DNA of 61,670 nucleotides from an uncultured Merdimonas sp. (GCA_944383645.1 CALWQJ010000001.1:1-61670); one strand, 5' to 3'; positions 1-11,004 are shown, numbered from the stretch's first letter. The notes: generated by a model not told the origin, from the letters alone. Numbers and translations are program-made.

Positions 1-78
1 ACACAGGAGTTCTTGCTTTTATCTAAAGATCTGCCCTCCCCCCGCAGAGCAGGGGGTTTATTTTTACTGTTACACAAT

Positions 79-118
79 AAAAAACAGCAGCCTTCTCTTC
101 AGAAATCTGCTGTTTTTT
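79..118. terminator. Probable bidirectional intrinsic terminator
   Basis: AAAAAACAGCAG...CTGCTGTTTTTT inverted repeat directly after the stop of the 121..1680 gene. Confidence 0.7.
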
Positions 119-120
119 AC

Positions 121-1680
121 TCATTTGCAATGCCGTCTCTCCTCCAGCCTCTTCGCCACGCTGGGGAACCGGTTCAGATCCGTATGGGGAATCGCCGTCG
201 CAGCCACCATCAGGTGCAGGAAATCCTCCACCGCGCCAAACTGCACATACTGCATCCGGCTGATGATGTCCCTGGCTTTCTCCATCAGCGTCCGGTCAAA
301 GAGCAGCCTTTCTGCTCCTTTCAGCGAGGTATTTCCCGGGGAAATGATTTTTTCCCGGTCCATGTCCGGATAAAGGCCGATGGTCACCGCCGCTTCCTTA
401 TCGATATGCGTCCCGAATGCGCCCGCCACATAGAAGCGGCCCACTTCCTCCAGCGTAAGACCGATGAGATTCATCATATATTCCACCATGGTCATGGCCG
501 CCGCCTTGGTCTTCAGAAATTCGTCCATATCTCCCTGGTAAAAATAGAGTCCCGGCGCGTATTCCACCGCCGCCTCCAGCTCGTCCTCTTCCCTTCCGGG
601 CAGATGGACGACTCCCGGCGCGTCCTCCTGGAAGCGCCCACGCAGATCGACCCAGCCGTTCAGGTACAGCTCCGCGATCAGATCGACGATTCCGGAGCCG
701 CAGATGCCTTTGGCCGCGCCGCCTCCGATGACGTGGGCCTTCAGCCTCCCGTTCTCCGTGGTGACCCGGTCCACGGCGCCTTCCTCCGCCCGCATGCCGG
801 TGTGGACCACGCCTCCCTCCAGGGCAGGGCCTGCCGCCCCGGCTCCTGCCAGCAGGAAATCCCGGTTTCCCACCACCAGCTCGCCGTTCGTCCCCACATC
901 CAGGAAGACGCAGATCTCCTCCTGATCCGGAATTCCCGTAGCCAGCATTCCGCTGATGATATCGCCGCCCAGATAGTTGGCCATGCCCGGACAGCAGTAC
1001 ACGAAGCCGTCCAGGGGAATTCCCAGCTCTTCACCCCTGCAGGGATCCGGCGCCAGCGTCTGCACCGCGTAGGGCGTCTGGAAGACGCCGAAGGCGTCGA
1101 GCCCCAGCAGAAAATGAAGCATCGCCGTATTTCCGGAGACTGTCAGCGCCGGACAGGAAAAGGCGTCGATTCCCGTTTTCTCCTTCAGCCCCTCCATCAG
1201 GCTGCGGAAGCCCTCTGCCGTGGCCTTCTGGAGCCGCTTCCTGCGCTCCGGCCGGTCCTTCGTGTAAAAGATGCGGCTTAAGATATCCTCTCCCCAGTTG
1301 ATCTGGGGATTGAAGACGCTTTCGGAGGCCAGAATTTCCCCCGTGTTCAGATCCGCCAGCTCCATCACGATCGTGGTGCTTCCCAAGTCCGCGCAGAGGC
1401 CGTAATGCGCTCCAGACGTGTCTCCCGGCTCCAGGCGCAGAAGCTCCCAGCCGCAGCCGTCGAAGCACAGCACAGCCGTCACCCTCCAGCCGCCCGCCTC
1501 GCAGATCCCCTGGGCCTCCTGAAGGGACTTCGGCCGCATCCGGATATAAGCCGCCCTTTCCAGCCGGAAAGGACCACTGTCCTCCAGGGCGGCAAAAAGC
1601 CGCTCCTGCAAGGGACGGTGGTCCTCCTCTGAAGGCACGGGAAGCTCAAGATAAACCTTTCTGCTCCATCCTTCCATCAT
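121..1680 (-). CDS. ASKHA-domain corrinoid reductive activase homolog (RACo/DUF4445 type) lacking the N-terminal [2Fe-2S] domain
   Basis: Motifs DLGSTT, GEDILSRI, GNTAMLH, LDVGTNGE, AAGPALEG, GICGSG, AGAFG, GNTSLKGA; C-terminal AIPHTDL; no CxxxxxCxxC at the N-terminus. Confidence 0.88.
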   Translation of the reverse strand: MMEGWSRKVYLELPVPSEEDHRPLQERLFAALEDSGPFRLERAAYIRMRPKSLQEAQGICEAGGWRVTAVLCFDGCGWELLRLEPGDTSGAHYGLCADLGSTTIVMELADLNTGEILASESVFNPQINWGEDILSRIFYTKDRPERRKRLQKATAEGFRSLMEGLKEKTGIDAFSCPALTVSGNTAMLHFLLGLDAFGVFQTPYAVQTLAPDPCRGEELGIPLDGFVYCCPGMANYLGGDIISGMLATGIPDQEEICVFLDVGTNGELVVGNRDFLLAGAGAAGPALEGGVVHTGMRAEEGAVDRVTTENGRLKAHVIGGGAAKGICGSGIVDLIAELYLNGWVDLRGRFQEDAPGVVHLPGREEDELEAAVEYAPGLYFYQGDMDEFLKTKAAAMTMVEYMMNLIGLTLEEVGRFYVAGAFGTHIDKEAAVTIGLYPDMDREKIISPGNTSLKGAERLLFDRTLMEKARDIISRMQYVQFGAVEDFLHLMVAATAIPHTDLNRFPSVAKRLEERRHCK

Positions 1681-1686
1681 TTCTCT

Positions 1687-2718
<1,032 letters not shown>

Positions 2719-2738
2719 TCATATTGTTTTGTTTATGA

Positions 2739-3272
2739 TCAGCTGAAATCATAGTCCATCAGCTTCCCATCCTCGCCGTACATCTTCACATCGAAGGTGC
2801 CTCTGGAAAGTCCCGTGATACCGGTCCTCGCCAGCTCCAGAATCTCATAGCCGCTCAAAAGATCGATAAAGGCGTCCACCTTGGACTGGTTTCCGGTCAG
2901 CTCGATTACCAGGGAGCCCTTTGCCACATCCACGATCTTCGCGCGGAAAATATTCGCCACCGCGATCAGAGACTGCCGGTTCTCCTCATTCGCCTTGATC
3001 TTAATCATGATCAGCTCCCGGCAGATGGAGCTGTCCGGCTCCAGGCGCTTGATATCGATGACATCCACCAGCTTGTTCAGCTGATTTTCGATCTGCTGCA
3101 GGATAATCTCGTCGCCATTCGCCACCACAGTCGCGCGGGAATAGCGGTCATCCGCGGTTCTTCCTACCGTCAGGCTGTCGATATTGTAGCCCCGGCGGCT
3201 GAATAAGCCTGCAATTCGGCTTAAAACGCCGGAAGTATTATCTACCAGAATGGAAAACACAACTCTCTTCAT
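2739..3272 (-). CDS. ilvN: Acetolactate synthase small (regulatory) subunit
   Basis: ACT domain VDNTSGVLSRIAGLFSRRGYNIDSL; ELARTG. Confidence 0.96.
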   Translation of the reverse strand: MKRVVFSILVDNTSGVLSRIAGLFSRRGYNIDSLTVGRTADDRYSRATVVANGDEIILQQIENQLNKLVDVIDIKRLEPDSSICRELIMIKIKANEENRQSLIAVANIFRAKIVDVAKGSLVIELTGNQSKVDAFIDLLSGYEILELARTGITGLSRGTFDVKMYGEDGKLMDYDFS

Positions 3273-3364
3273 ATGCTCACTCCCTTTAATTCTTTCTTAT
3301 TTCCCTTCGGCATCCGCTCCAGGCGGAAGATTGTTCTCCTGTCAAAAACAAATCCGTTCCTAGC

Positions 3365-3393
3365 ATTGTAACAATTTCCCGCCGCCTTGTCAA
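3365..3393 (-). promoter_or_regulatory. Sigma-A promoter for ilvN-ilvC
   Basis: Minus strand TTGACA-N17-TACAAT. Confidence 0.7.
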
Positions 3394-3398
3394 TGCTC

Positions 3399-4202
3399 CT
3401 ATGCCAGCATCATACGGTCGTTGGCGAACTCTCCGCCGCTGGCCTGCTCGAATTTCTCCAGCAGATCCGCCACCTTCAGCCTCTTCTTCTCCTCGCCGGC
3501 CACGTCGTAAATAATGTGCCCGTCGTACATCATAATCAGCCGGTTGCCGTGGACGATGGCGTCCTTCATATTGTGGGTGATCATCAGGGTCGTCAGATGA
3601 TTTTCCTCCACCACCCGGTCCGTAGCCTCCAGCACCTTGGCCGCCGTCTTGGGGTCCAGGGCCGCCGTATGCTCGTCGAGCAGCAGAATGCTCGGCTTTT
3701 TCAGGGTAGCCATCAGAAGCGTCAGCGCCTGCCTCTGCCCGCCAGACAGGAGCCGCACCTTGGTCGTCATCCGATCCTCCAGGCCTAAACCCAGCTTCGC
3801 CAGGCGCTCCCGGTAATACTCTCTCTCCTTGTGGGTGATTCCCTTTTTCAAGAAGCGGAAATCTCCGCGCCTGGCGGCCAGCGCCAGGTTTTCTTCAATC
3901 TGCATACCGGAGGCCGTGCCCGTCATCGGATCCTGGAACACGCGGCCCAGATACTTCGCCCGCTTGTGCTCCGGAAGCTTCGTCACATCCACATTGTCGA
4001 TAAAAATTTTTCCCTCGTCCACCGGCCATACGCCCGCCACCGCGTTCAGCATGGTAGATTTTCCGGCTCCGTTGCCGCCGATGACCGTGACGAAGTCTCC
4101 TTCCTTCAGCTCCAGACTCAGACCGCTTAAAGCCGTCTTTTCATTTACCGTACCTGCGTTAAAGGTCTTCCAGACTCCTTCCATTTTAAGCATTGGACGC
4201 AC
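3399..4202 (-). CDS. ABC transporter ATP-binding protein (aromatic amino-acid/TrpXYZ-like system)
   Basis: Walker A GGNGAGKST, LSGGQRQ, LLLDEHTAALDP. Confidence 0.92.
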   Translation of the reverse strand: MRPMLKMEGVWKTFNAGTVNEKTALSGLSLELKEGDFVTVIGGNGAGKSTMLNAVAGVWPVDEGKIFIDNVDVTKLPEHKRAKYLGRVFQDPMTGTASGMQIEENLALAARRGDFRFLKKGITHKEREYYRERLAKLGLGLEDRMTTKVRLLSGGQRQALTLLMATLKKPSILLLDEHTAALDPKTAAKVLEATDRVVEENHLTTLMITHNMKDAIVHGNRLIMMYDGHIIYDVAGEEKKRLKVADLLEKFEQASGGEFANDRMMLA

Positions 4203-5115
4203 CTCCTCGTTTTACGGGCTTTGAAAAATATTTTCTCTTCAGATAAGGCACTGCCAGGAACACTGCCACCACCAGGGCGGAAATCAGCTTCATATCGTTG
4301 GCGTTCAGTCCCGCCGTGATAACGACCTGGTACACTACCCAGTAAATAATCGCTCCCAGAACTACCGACGCCAGCTTAAACGCGAAATTCCGGCTGATTT
4401 TTCCAAAGATAACATTTCCGATGATGACCGCAGCCAGGCCGATGACGATAGCGCCGCGGCCCGCGTTCACATCCGCGAAGCCCTGATACTGGGCGTAAAG
4501 CGCGCTGGAAAGCGCCACAATGCCGTTGGAAAGCATCAGTCCCACCAGCTTGGTGGTGTTCGTGTTGATGCCCTGGGCCCTGGACATGTTCTCATTGTTT
4601 CCGGTAGCGCGGATGGCGCAGCCCAAATCTGTTCCGAAGAACCAGTAGAGCACCGCGATCAGCACCAGCACGAAAATCGCGGAGACGAAAATCGTGTTCT
4701 GGTAAAAAGGAACATCTCTGACCCAGCGCAGGGACACGATCTGATTGTACTTGCCAAAGGCAAGGGCCACATTCGCTTTCTGATCCATAATCCGCAGATT
4801 TACAGAGTAGAGCCCCAGCTGAGTCAGGATTCCGGCCAGAATTGCCGGGATTCCCATGGCTGTATGAAAAAGTCCCGTCACAAGACCTGCCGCCATGCCC
4901 GCCAGGAATGCCACAAACAGAGAAACGCCCACCGAATGGCCGCTCTGCATCATCATAATGCAGACCGCGCCGCCTGTAGCCATCGTCCCGTCTACAGTCA
5001 GATCCGCCAGATCCAGCACCTTATAGGTGATGTAGACGCCAATCGCCATGATTCCCCAGATCAGTCCCTGCGCGACAGGGCCCGGAAGGGCGTTGATAAA
5101 CTTCATGATTTCCAC
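4186..5115 (-). CDS. ABC transporter permease
   Basis: Polytopic hydrophobic protein with DLTVDG and IRATGNN motifs; lies between the SBP and ATPase genes. Confidence 0.92.
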   Translation of the reverse strand: MEIMKFINALPGPVAQGLIWGIMAIGVYITYKVLDLADLTVDGTMATGGAVCIMMMQSGHSVGVSLFVAFLAGMAAGLVTGLFHTAMGIPAILAGILTQLGLYSVNLRIMDQKANVALAFGKYNQIVSLRWVRDVPFYQNTIFVSAIFVLVLIAVLYWFFGTDLGCAIRATGNNENMSRAQGINTNTTKLVGLMLSNGIVALSSALYAQYQGFADVNAGRGAIVIGLAAVIIGNVIFGKISRNFAFKLASVVLGAIIYWVVYQVVITAGLNANDMKLISALVVAVFLAVPYLKRKYFSKPVKRGGASNA

Positions 5116-5184
5116 CTTACTATTCCTCCTGCCTGTATAATACCGCTTTTTCTAAAAAAGCGTACAACTTTTAATATTATATCA

Positions 5185-5223
5185 AAAAGCGGAGAAAAAG
5201 GAAAGTCCTTTTTCTCCGCTTTC
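5185..5223. terminator. Stem-loop/terminator between SBP and permease genes
   Basis: AAAAGCGGAGAAAAAGGA-aag-TCCTTTTTCTCCGCTTTT 18-bp inverted repeat. Confidence 0.7.
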
Positions 5224-5279
5224 TAAATTTCCGTAGTTCCTTATTCCGCTGCTATTCACAGCTGATTTAGAAACGCCGC

Positions 5280-6341
5280 TTACTCAGCAGCCGCCTCGAT
5301 CGCCACATAGCCGTCCGGAATCGTCACGCCCATAGCCTCCGCCAGCTCCGGATTATACTTCTTTGTGAACTCCGGCGCGTACTCAACGGGCATCTCAGCG
5401 ATGTCTGCCTCTCCCGTCAGAACCTTCACAGCCATATTTCCGGTCGCCACGCCCAAATCATAGTAGCTGATGGAAAGGGTCGCCACGCCGCAGCCGCGGC
5501 AGATGCCTTCCTCGCCCGCGATGATCGGAACGCCTGCCGGCTCGCAGATATTGCGGAGGATCTCCGTATTGGAGGCTACCGTATTGTCTGTCGGGACATA
5601 GATCACGTCGCTCTCATTCGCTGCCGTGGTGGCTACCGCCGCCAGGTCATTGGAATCAGAGAAAGAATACTGGGTGCAGGTATATCCAAGCTCCTCCAGA
5701 TAGCTCTGTACGGTGTCTACCTGGTACTGAGAGTTGGGCTCAGCGGAGCAGTAAAGCAGTCCGACTGTGGACGCGTCCGGGAACAGCTCATTCAGCATCG
5801 CCGCCTGCTGATCCAGGGGCGCCAGGTCAGAGGTACCGGATACGTTAGTTCCCACCAGGCCGTCAAAGTTATCAATATCAAGGGCTACGCCGTACTCGGT
5901 TACAGAGGTGCCCAGAACCGGAATGGAATCGGTTCCCTGAGCCGCCGCCTGCAGGGGAGCCGTCGCGTTGGCCAGAATCAGATCTACATTATTGGATACA
6001 AACTGATTAATGATCGTCGCGCAGGTCGCGGAATCATTGGAAGCGTTCTGCTCATCAAATTCCACGTTTTCTCCGAAAGCCTCTGTCAGAGCATCCTTGA
6101 AGCCCTGGGTCGCCTGATCAAGCGCCTCGTGCTGTACCAGCTGGCAGATACCCACCACATACTTGTCTCCGGAAGCCTCCGCTGCGTCTGCGGTCTCTTC
6201 TGTCTCCGCCGCGTCAGCCGTCTCTGCCGTCTCTGTCTCAGAAGCGTTGTCCGCTGTATCCGCAGTATCCGCTCCGCCGCCGCAGGCTGCCAGGGAAACC
6301 GTCATGCCCAGTGCCAGCATCAGTGCCAATAACTTTTTCAT
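5280..6341 (-). CDS. ABC transporter substrate-binding lipoprotein (ABC_sub_bind family, probably Trp/Tyr/Phe)
   Basis: Start reassigned to ATG 6341 (RBS AGGAGG); lipobox LAAC; Ala/Glu/Thr linker; QLVQHEALD, NVSGTSD, YVPTDNTVAS. Confidence 0.9.
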   Translation of the reverse strand: MKKLLALMLALGMTVSLAACGGGADTADTADNASETETAETADAAETEETADAAEASGDKYVVGICQLVQHEALDQATQGFKDALTEAFGENVEFDEQNASNDSATCATIINQFVSNNVDLILANATAPLQAAAQGTDSIPVLGTSVTEYGVALDIDNFDGLVGTNVSGTSDLAPLDQQAAMLNELFPDASTVGLLYCSAEPNSQYQVDTVQSYLEELGYTCTQYSFSDSNDLAAVATTAANESDVIYVPTDNTVASNTEILRNICEPAGVPIIAGEEGICRGCGVATLSISYYDLGVATGNMAVKVLTGEADIAEMPVEYAPEFTKKYNPELAEAMGVTIPDGYVAIEAAAE

Positions 6342-6428
6342 ACCAAATCCTCCTGTATCTCCTTTTCGCTCTCCAGTGCTTTTACGCCACAACGCTGTGC
6401 CGCATTAAAGCGCCGCATCACTTTACCC

Positions 6429-6457
6429 ATTGTAACCCGGAAATTCAGGTTTGTCAA
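6429..6457 (-). promoter_or_regulatory. Sigma-A promoter for the ABC operon
   Basis: Minus strand TTGACA-N17-TACAAT. Confidence 0.7.
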
Positions 6458-6522
6458 TCGATTTTTTTAATATGGATCAGCGAAAAATCTGCTGCCGGAG
6501 GACGCCTGAGCAGAGCTCCCGC

Positions 6523-6568
6523 CAGCGCCGGTGTGCAAGGGGCAATACGCCCCCTGGTAAACCGCGCT
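6523..6568. repeat. Dispersed ~45-bp palindromic repeat, copy 1
   Basis: CAGCGCCGGTGTGCAAGGGGCAATACGCCCCCTGGTAAACCGCGCT; aligns by eye with 12481..12524. Confidence 0.6.
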
Positions 6569-7085
6569 AGCTGAGGTCAATGTCCAGAATCAATTTCTCA
6601 TCCGAATATCCCGGATAATAGGAGGCCTGGACAGCCGTCACGCCGTCTTTGACCATCAGAACCTCCGAAGCTCTTCCCACTCTTCCGGGCGGAATGCACA
6701 AATCATAATATCCGTCAAAGAGCGGGGCCTCCGTCTCTTCTTCCGGAGTGACCTGGCTGTCCCAGTAATAATGTTCATACACGTCGTTGTATTCCGGTCC
6801 TTCATAGTACAGGCTGGGCAGCTCCTGGTAGGATTCCCCGTCTCCCAAATTCTTTACCAAATAGGAAAATTCATAAAAGGTATAGCCCTCCTCCGCGGAA
6901 ACCCCTTCATAGGACCCGCCGAGTTCTGTGATATCCTCCAGCTCCACTACGCAGTATGGCTCTTTATACGCGGGGTCAGAGGAACTGCCCGCGCTCATGA
7001 CCCAGAACAGTATCCCCGGGACCAGAAGCACAAGCCCGGCAGCGAGAAAAATTACCGAAAGGACGGTTCTTCCTTTACTGGCCAT
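6567..7085 (-). CDS. Hypothetical membrane-anchored protein with acidic extracellular domain
   Basis: N-terminal TM helix; overlaps the upstream gene; possible DUF4352-like Ig fold (not verified). Confidence 0.7.
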   Translation of the reverse strand: MASKGRTVLSVIFLAAGLVLLVPGILFWVMSAGSSSDPAYKEPYCVVELEDITELGGSYEGVSAEEGYTFYEFSYLVKNLGDGESYQELPSLYYEGPEYNDVYEHYYWDSQVTPEEETEAPLFDGYYDLCIPPGRVGRASEVLMVKDGVTAVQASYYPGYSDEKLILDIDLS

Positions 7086-7926
7086 CTGTTCCGCCTCCTT
7101 CCTCCGGCGCGGCGTCCTCTGCCTTCAGCTCCACATAATGGCCCGCCAGAAGGTTTCCGCCGTCCCAGCCGCTGCCGTCATACTCGTCAAACCAGATACG
7201 GAATTCTTCCGCGTCCGCCTCTGTCAGGAAGGCATACCAGCCGCTGCAGGAGCTCTCGCCCATCAGCGCGTATTCATCCAGGACCGGGTATGCTCCCAGC
7301 ATCTGTCCGTAGGGTTCAAAATCATAGGGAGACAGCGCATACCGGTATCCCGCTTCCGTCTCAATGTAAGGCATCTGGATCCGGTTATAATCCTCATATT
7401 CTCCGTCTCCCTGCCCCGTAACATGCACGGCTGTCAGCTCCATGCCCTCCGCAAGCCCCGGCAGGACGCTCTGATCCGCCAGCTTCCGGATCTCATCCAC
7501 CTGAAGCTCAGCCTTCTGAAAGGCGAAGCTTTCTCCCACCTCATGGGAGACCAGGCGCAGGCTGCCGTCCGGCTCCTCCGCAGTTTCCACCCTGCTTCCG
7601 ATATAAGCCAGCACGCCGGAAGCCAGAACCACCAGGCTCAGGACCAGAAACAGGAGGCTGAACACCAGGAAACCCGCGCCCCGCCGTCTGGGCTTCTCCC
7701 AGCTGCGGCTGTCCGCAGCGCCCGGCTGAAACTCTTCTGCCGAAGAATAGGCGTACGTCTGCCCGCAGCCGCTGTCCTCTCTGTGATCCGAATCGTCCCC
7801 GAAACGGTCATGCAGATCCTCGTGGCGCTCCTCGCGGCTCTCCTTCTGATTAAAGCAGCCGCATTTGGGACAGATCCCATAGTATTTTTCATAGTCAAAT
7901 TCTTTACGACAGTTAAAACAGCGCAT
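7075..7926 (-). CDS. Hypothetical protein: N-terminal zinc ribbon, TM helix, acidic extracellular domain
   Basis: CFNC...CPKC at the N-terminus; hydrophobic segment FLVFSLLFLVLSLVVLASGVLAYIG; starts 9 nt after the gpsA stop. Confidence 0.75.
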   Translation of the reverse strand: MRCFNCRKEFDYEKYYGICPKCGCFNQKESREERHEDLHDRFGDDSDHREDSGCGQTYAYSSAEEFQPGAADSRSWEKPRRRGAGFLVFSLLFLVLSLVVLASGVLAYIGSRVETAEEPDGSLRLVSHEVGESFAFQKAELQVDEIRKLADQSVLPGLAEGMELTAVHVTGQGDGEYEDYNRIQMPYIETEAGYRYALSPYDFEPYGQMLGAYPVLDEYALMGESSCSGWYAFLTEADAEEFRIWFDEYDGSGWDGGNLLAGHYVELKAEDAAPEEGGGTDGQ

Positions 7927-7935
7927 AGCTCTCCT

Positions 7936-8946
7936 TTACTCCCAGGGCAGCAGCGGATTTTCAATCTTCTTGTCTCTGAGCATCAGATCCATAACCGCTT
8001 CCCGGGCGGACTTGTTCTCAAACAGAACCGCGTTCACCTGCTCAATGATGGGAATTTCCACATCGTACTTACGTGCCAGCGCCATCGCCGCCTTTGCGGA
8101 GTACACGCCCTCCACAACCATCTTTACCTCGTCCATGGCCTCCTGCATGGTCCTGCCCTGCCCCATCAAGTATCCGGCCTTCCGGTTCCGGCTGTGGACA
8201 GAAGCGCAGGTTACGATCAGATCGCCGATGCCGGACAGGCCGTTGAAGGTCTCCTGCCGTCCGCCCATGGCCACGCCGATCCGGCTCATCTCCGCAATGC
8301 CCCGGGTGATAAGGGCTGCCTTCGTGTTGTCACCATAGCCAAGGCCGTCTGCGATTCCGGCCGCCAGGGCGATCACGTTCTTCAGAGCGCCGCCCAGCTC
8401 GATTCCCAGCATATCGGGACTGGTATACACGCGGAACACCTGGTTCATAAAGATATTCTGGATGAATTCCGCCGTCTTCCGATCATGAGCGCCGGCCACC
8501 ACGGTGGTCGGAAGGCCTCTTCCCACCTCCTCGGCGTGGCTCGGGCCGGACAGGACCGCCGCCCTGCAGTTCGGGATTTCCTGCTCAATGATATCGGTCA
8601 GAATCATCAGCGTACTCTCCTCGATTCCCTTTGCCACGTTCACGATCAGCTGTCCGTCCGCCACAAAGGGCGCCATGGAATGCGCCGTGCTTCTCGTGTA
8701 CGGAGACGGAACCGCCAGCACCAGGAGATCCTTTCCCTTTACGGTTCCTTCCAGATCCGTCGTAATCCGGATATCCTCTGCAATCTTCACTCCGGGCAGC
8801 TTGTCCTTATGCTCGTGCTCCGCGTTCAGCATGTCCACCTCCGGCTGGGAGATGGACCAGATCTCCACCTCGTGTCCGTTGCTGTGCAGCAGCACAGACA
8901 GGGCCGTTCCCCAGCTTCCCGCTCCGATAACGCCTACTTTTGCCAT
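7936..8946 (-). CDS. gpsA: NAD(P)H-dependent glycerol-3-phosphate dehydrogenase
   Basis: GAGSWGTAL, LSGPSHAEEV, GGALKNVIA, GDLIVTC, HSRN. Confidence 0.98.
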   Translation of the reverse strand: MAKVGVIGAGSWGTALSVLLHSNGHEVEIWSISQPEVDMLNAEHEHKDKLPGVKIAEDIRITTDLEGTVKGKDLLVLAVPSPYTRSTAHSMAPFVADGQLIVNVAKGIEESTLMILTDIIEQEIPNCRAAVLSGPSHAEEVGRGLPTTVVAGAHDRKTAEFIQNIFMNQVFRVYTSPDMLGIELGGALKNVIALAAGIADGLGYGDNTKAALITRGIAEMSRIGVAMGGRQETFNGLSGIGDLIVTCASVHSRNRKAGYLMGQGRTMQEAMDEVKMVVEGVYSAKAAMALARKYDVEIPIIEQVNAVLFENKSAREAVMDLMLRDKKIENPLLPWE

Positions 8947-9032
8947 CTTCTTTTTCTCCTTTTTTTCTATAATCCTCTGCGACCGGACTCCTGCCCTCTC
9001 CGGCAGCCGTCCGGAAATCTGTTTCTAAAAGC

Positions 9033-9677
9033 CTACTCCGCCTTTTCTCCCAGCTTTCTCTCCGTGCCGGCCAGAAGGCCGCGGATATTCTTCCTGTGGC
9101 GAAACAGCGCCATCGCGCATAAAAATACCGCTATCGCGTACATCTCATAGAGATGTCCCTGGGCAAGCCCCCATTTTCCCAGCGCTCCGTAAATCGCCAC
9201 GCCCACCGGAAGCCAGAGGCTTACCAGGATGGAGCCCAGGGATACATACCGGGTGACAGCCACGGTGCCCGCGAAAAGCACCAGCGCCACCAGCGTCAGA
9301 AGCGGATCGAGGGACAGGAAGAGTCCCGCCGTGGCTGAGATTCCCTTGCCGCCGTGAAATTTCAGGTAGCAGGGAAAATTATGTCCCAGAATCACGCCCA
9401 GCGCCGCGTACATGCCTACCAGCACGCTGATATTTTCATTCGGATAGAACCGGTCAAACAGGAAGCGCACCAGCAGCACCGCGAACACGCATTTGAAGCA
9501 GTCTCCCAGGAACGTAATCAGGCCGGCCTTCCAGCCCAGGGTCCGCAGGGCGTTCGTCGCTCCCGCGTTCCCGCTTCCGTGCTCCCGGATATCCATGCCC
9601 TTGATGCGCCCGTAAATGTAGCTTGTCTGAAACAGGCCAAACAGATAGCCTATGGCCACGCAAATCAGCCGTATCAT
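9033..9677 (-). CDS. plsY: Glycerol-3-phosphate acyltransferase
   Basis: GSGNAGATNALR, GHNFP, FHGGKG, RHRKNI. Confidence 0.96.
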   Translation of the reverse strand: MIRLICVAIGYLFGLFQTSYIYGRIKGMDIREHGSGNAGATNALRTLGWKAGLITFLGDCFKCVFAVLLVRFLFDRFYPNENISVLVGMYAALGVILGHNFPCYLKFHGGKGISATAGLFLSLDPLLTLVALVLFAGTVAVTRYVSLGSILVSLWLPVGVAIYGALGKWGLAQGHLYEMYAIAVFLCAMALFRHRKNIRGLLAGTERKLGEKAE

Positions 9678-9678
9678 C

Positions 9679-11004
9679 TTACTGCTCTCCCTTCCTTTCC
9701 CGAATCAGGAATTTCAGCGCCGTTCCCCGGAAGCCGAAGGCCTCCCGGATCTTGTTTTCCAGATACCGCGTATAGGAAAAATGCATCAGTTCCTTATCAT
9801 TGACAAAAATCACAAAGGTCGGCGGCTTCACGGCCACCTGGGTAATATAGAACAGCTTCAGCCGCTTGCCCTTGTCCGAGGGCGGCTGCTGCAGCGCTAC
9901 CGCCTCTGTCATGATCTCGTTGAGCACGCCTGTGGCGACCCGCAGATTCTGATTCTGGATCACCATGTCGATCAGCTCGAACAGCTTCGGCAGACGCTGC
10001 CCCGTCACCGCCGAGATAAAGGTGATCTCCGCGTAGGGCATATAGGACAGAACCGTGCGGATTTTATTCGTATACTCATAAACGGTCTTGTCATTCTTCT
10101 CGATGGCGTCCCACTTGTTCACGGCGATGATGATTCCCTTTCCGCGCTCGTGGGCAATGCCGGCGATCTTGGCGTCCTGCTCGGTGACCCCCTCCGTGGC
10201 GTCAATGACCAGAATCACCACGTCGGCGCGCTCCACCGCCGTCACGGTACGGATAATGCTGTACCGCTCCAGCTCCTCTTTGATCTTATTCTTCCGGCGC
10301 AGTCCGGCCGTATCGATAAAGATATAGTCCTTTCCGTTCCGGCGCACCTCGGTGTCGATGGCGTCCCGGGTGGTGCCCGCAATATTGGAAACGATGACCC
10401 GGTTCTCCCCGATCAGCTTATTGATGATCGAGGATTTTCCCACGTTGGGCTTGCCCACGATGGCAATCCGCGGGCGCTCGTCCTCCTCCTCTTCCCCGCT
10501 GTCCTCCGGGAAATGCTTTACCACCTCGTCCAGCATATCGCCCAGGCCCAGCCGGGAGGCGGCGGACACTGCCACCGGATCCCCGATGCCCAGATTATAA
10601 AATTCATAGACGTCTCCCATGAACTTCTGGAAGCTGTCCACCTTGTTGACCACCAGCACCACGGGCTTTCTGGAGCGGCGCAGCATATCCGCCACCTTGG
10701 AATCCGCATCCACCAGTCCCTGGCGCACGTCTGTCAGAAAGACAATCACATCCGCCGTATCGATGGCGATCTGCGCCTGCTCCCGCATCTGGGAGAGGAT
10801 GATGTCGCTGCTGTCCGGCTCGATGCCGCCGGTGTCAATCAGCGTAAAGGAATGGTTCAGCCAGGTGACATCCGCATAAATCCGGTCTCTGGTAACGCCC
10901 GGCGTATCCTTGACAATGGAGATGTTCTCTCCGGCCAGTGCGTTGAACAGCGTGGATTTTCCCACGTTGGGCCGTCCCACAATGGCTACAATCGGTTTAC
11001 TCAT
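9679..11004 (-). CDS. der: Ribosome biogenesis GTPase Der (EngA)
   Basis: Two G-domains ([16 protein letters not shown]) and a C-terminal KH-like domain. Confidence 0.98.
   Translation of the reverse strand: MSKPIVAIVGRPNVGKSTLFNALAGENISIVKDTPGVTRDRIYADVTWLNHSFTLIDTGGIEPDSSDIILSQMREQAQIAIDTADVIVFLTDVRQGLVDADSKVADMLRRSRKPVVLVVNKVDSFQKFMGDVYEFYNLGIGDPVAVSAASRLGLGDMLDEVVKHFPEDSGEEEEDERPRIAIVGKPNVGKSSIINKLIGENRVIVSNIAGTTRDAIDTEVRRNGKDYIFIDTAGLRRKNKIKEELERYSIIRTVTAVERADVVILVIDATEGVTEQDAKIAGIAHERGKGIIIAVNKWDAIEKNDKTVYEYTNKIRTVLSYMPYAEITFISAVTGQRLPKLFELIDMVIQNQNLRVATGVLNEIMTEAVALQQPPSDKGKRLKLFYITQVAVKPPTFVIFVNDKELMHFSYTRYLENKIREAFGFRGTALKFLIRERKGEQ

Noticed and set aside
1-60. Possible 3' end of a plus-strand structured RNA (e.g. 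6S) followed by a CCCCC/GGGGG hairpin
   Set aside because: Truncated by the window edge; only about 15 nt are suggestive, too little to call.
13-1281. 422-aa plus-strand ORF
   Set aside because: Antisense to the ASKHA gene and runs through a terminator.
2739-3272. ilvN without an adjacent ilvB
   Set aside because: It has its own promoter, and a separated ilvB is not unusual in Clostridia.
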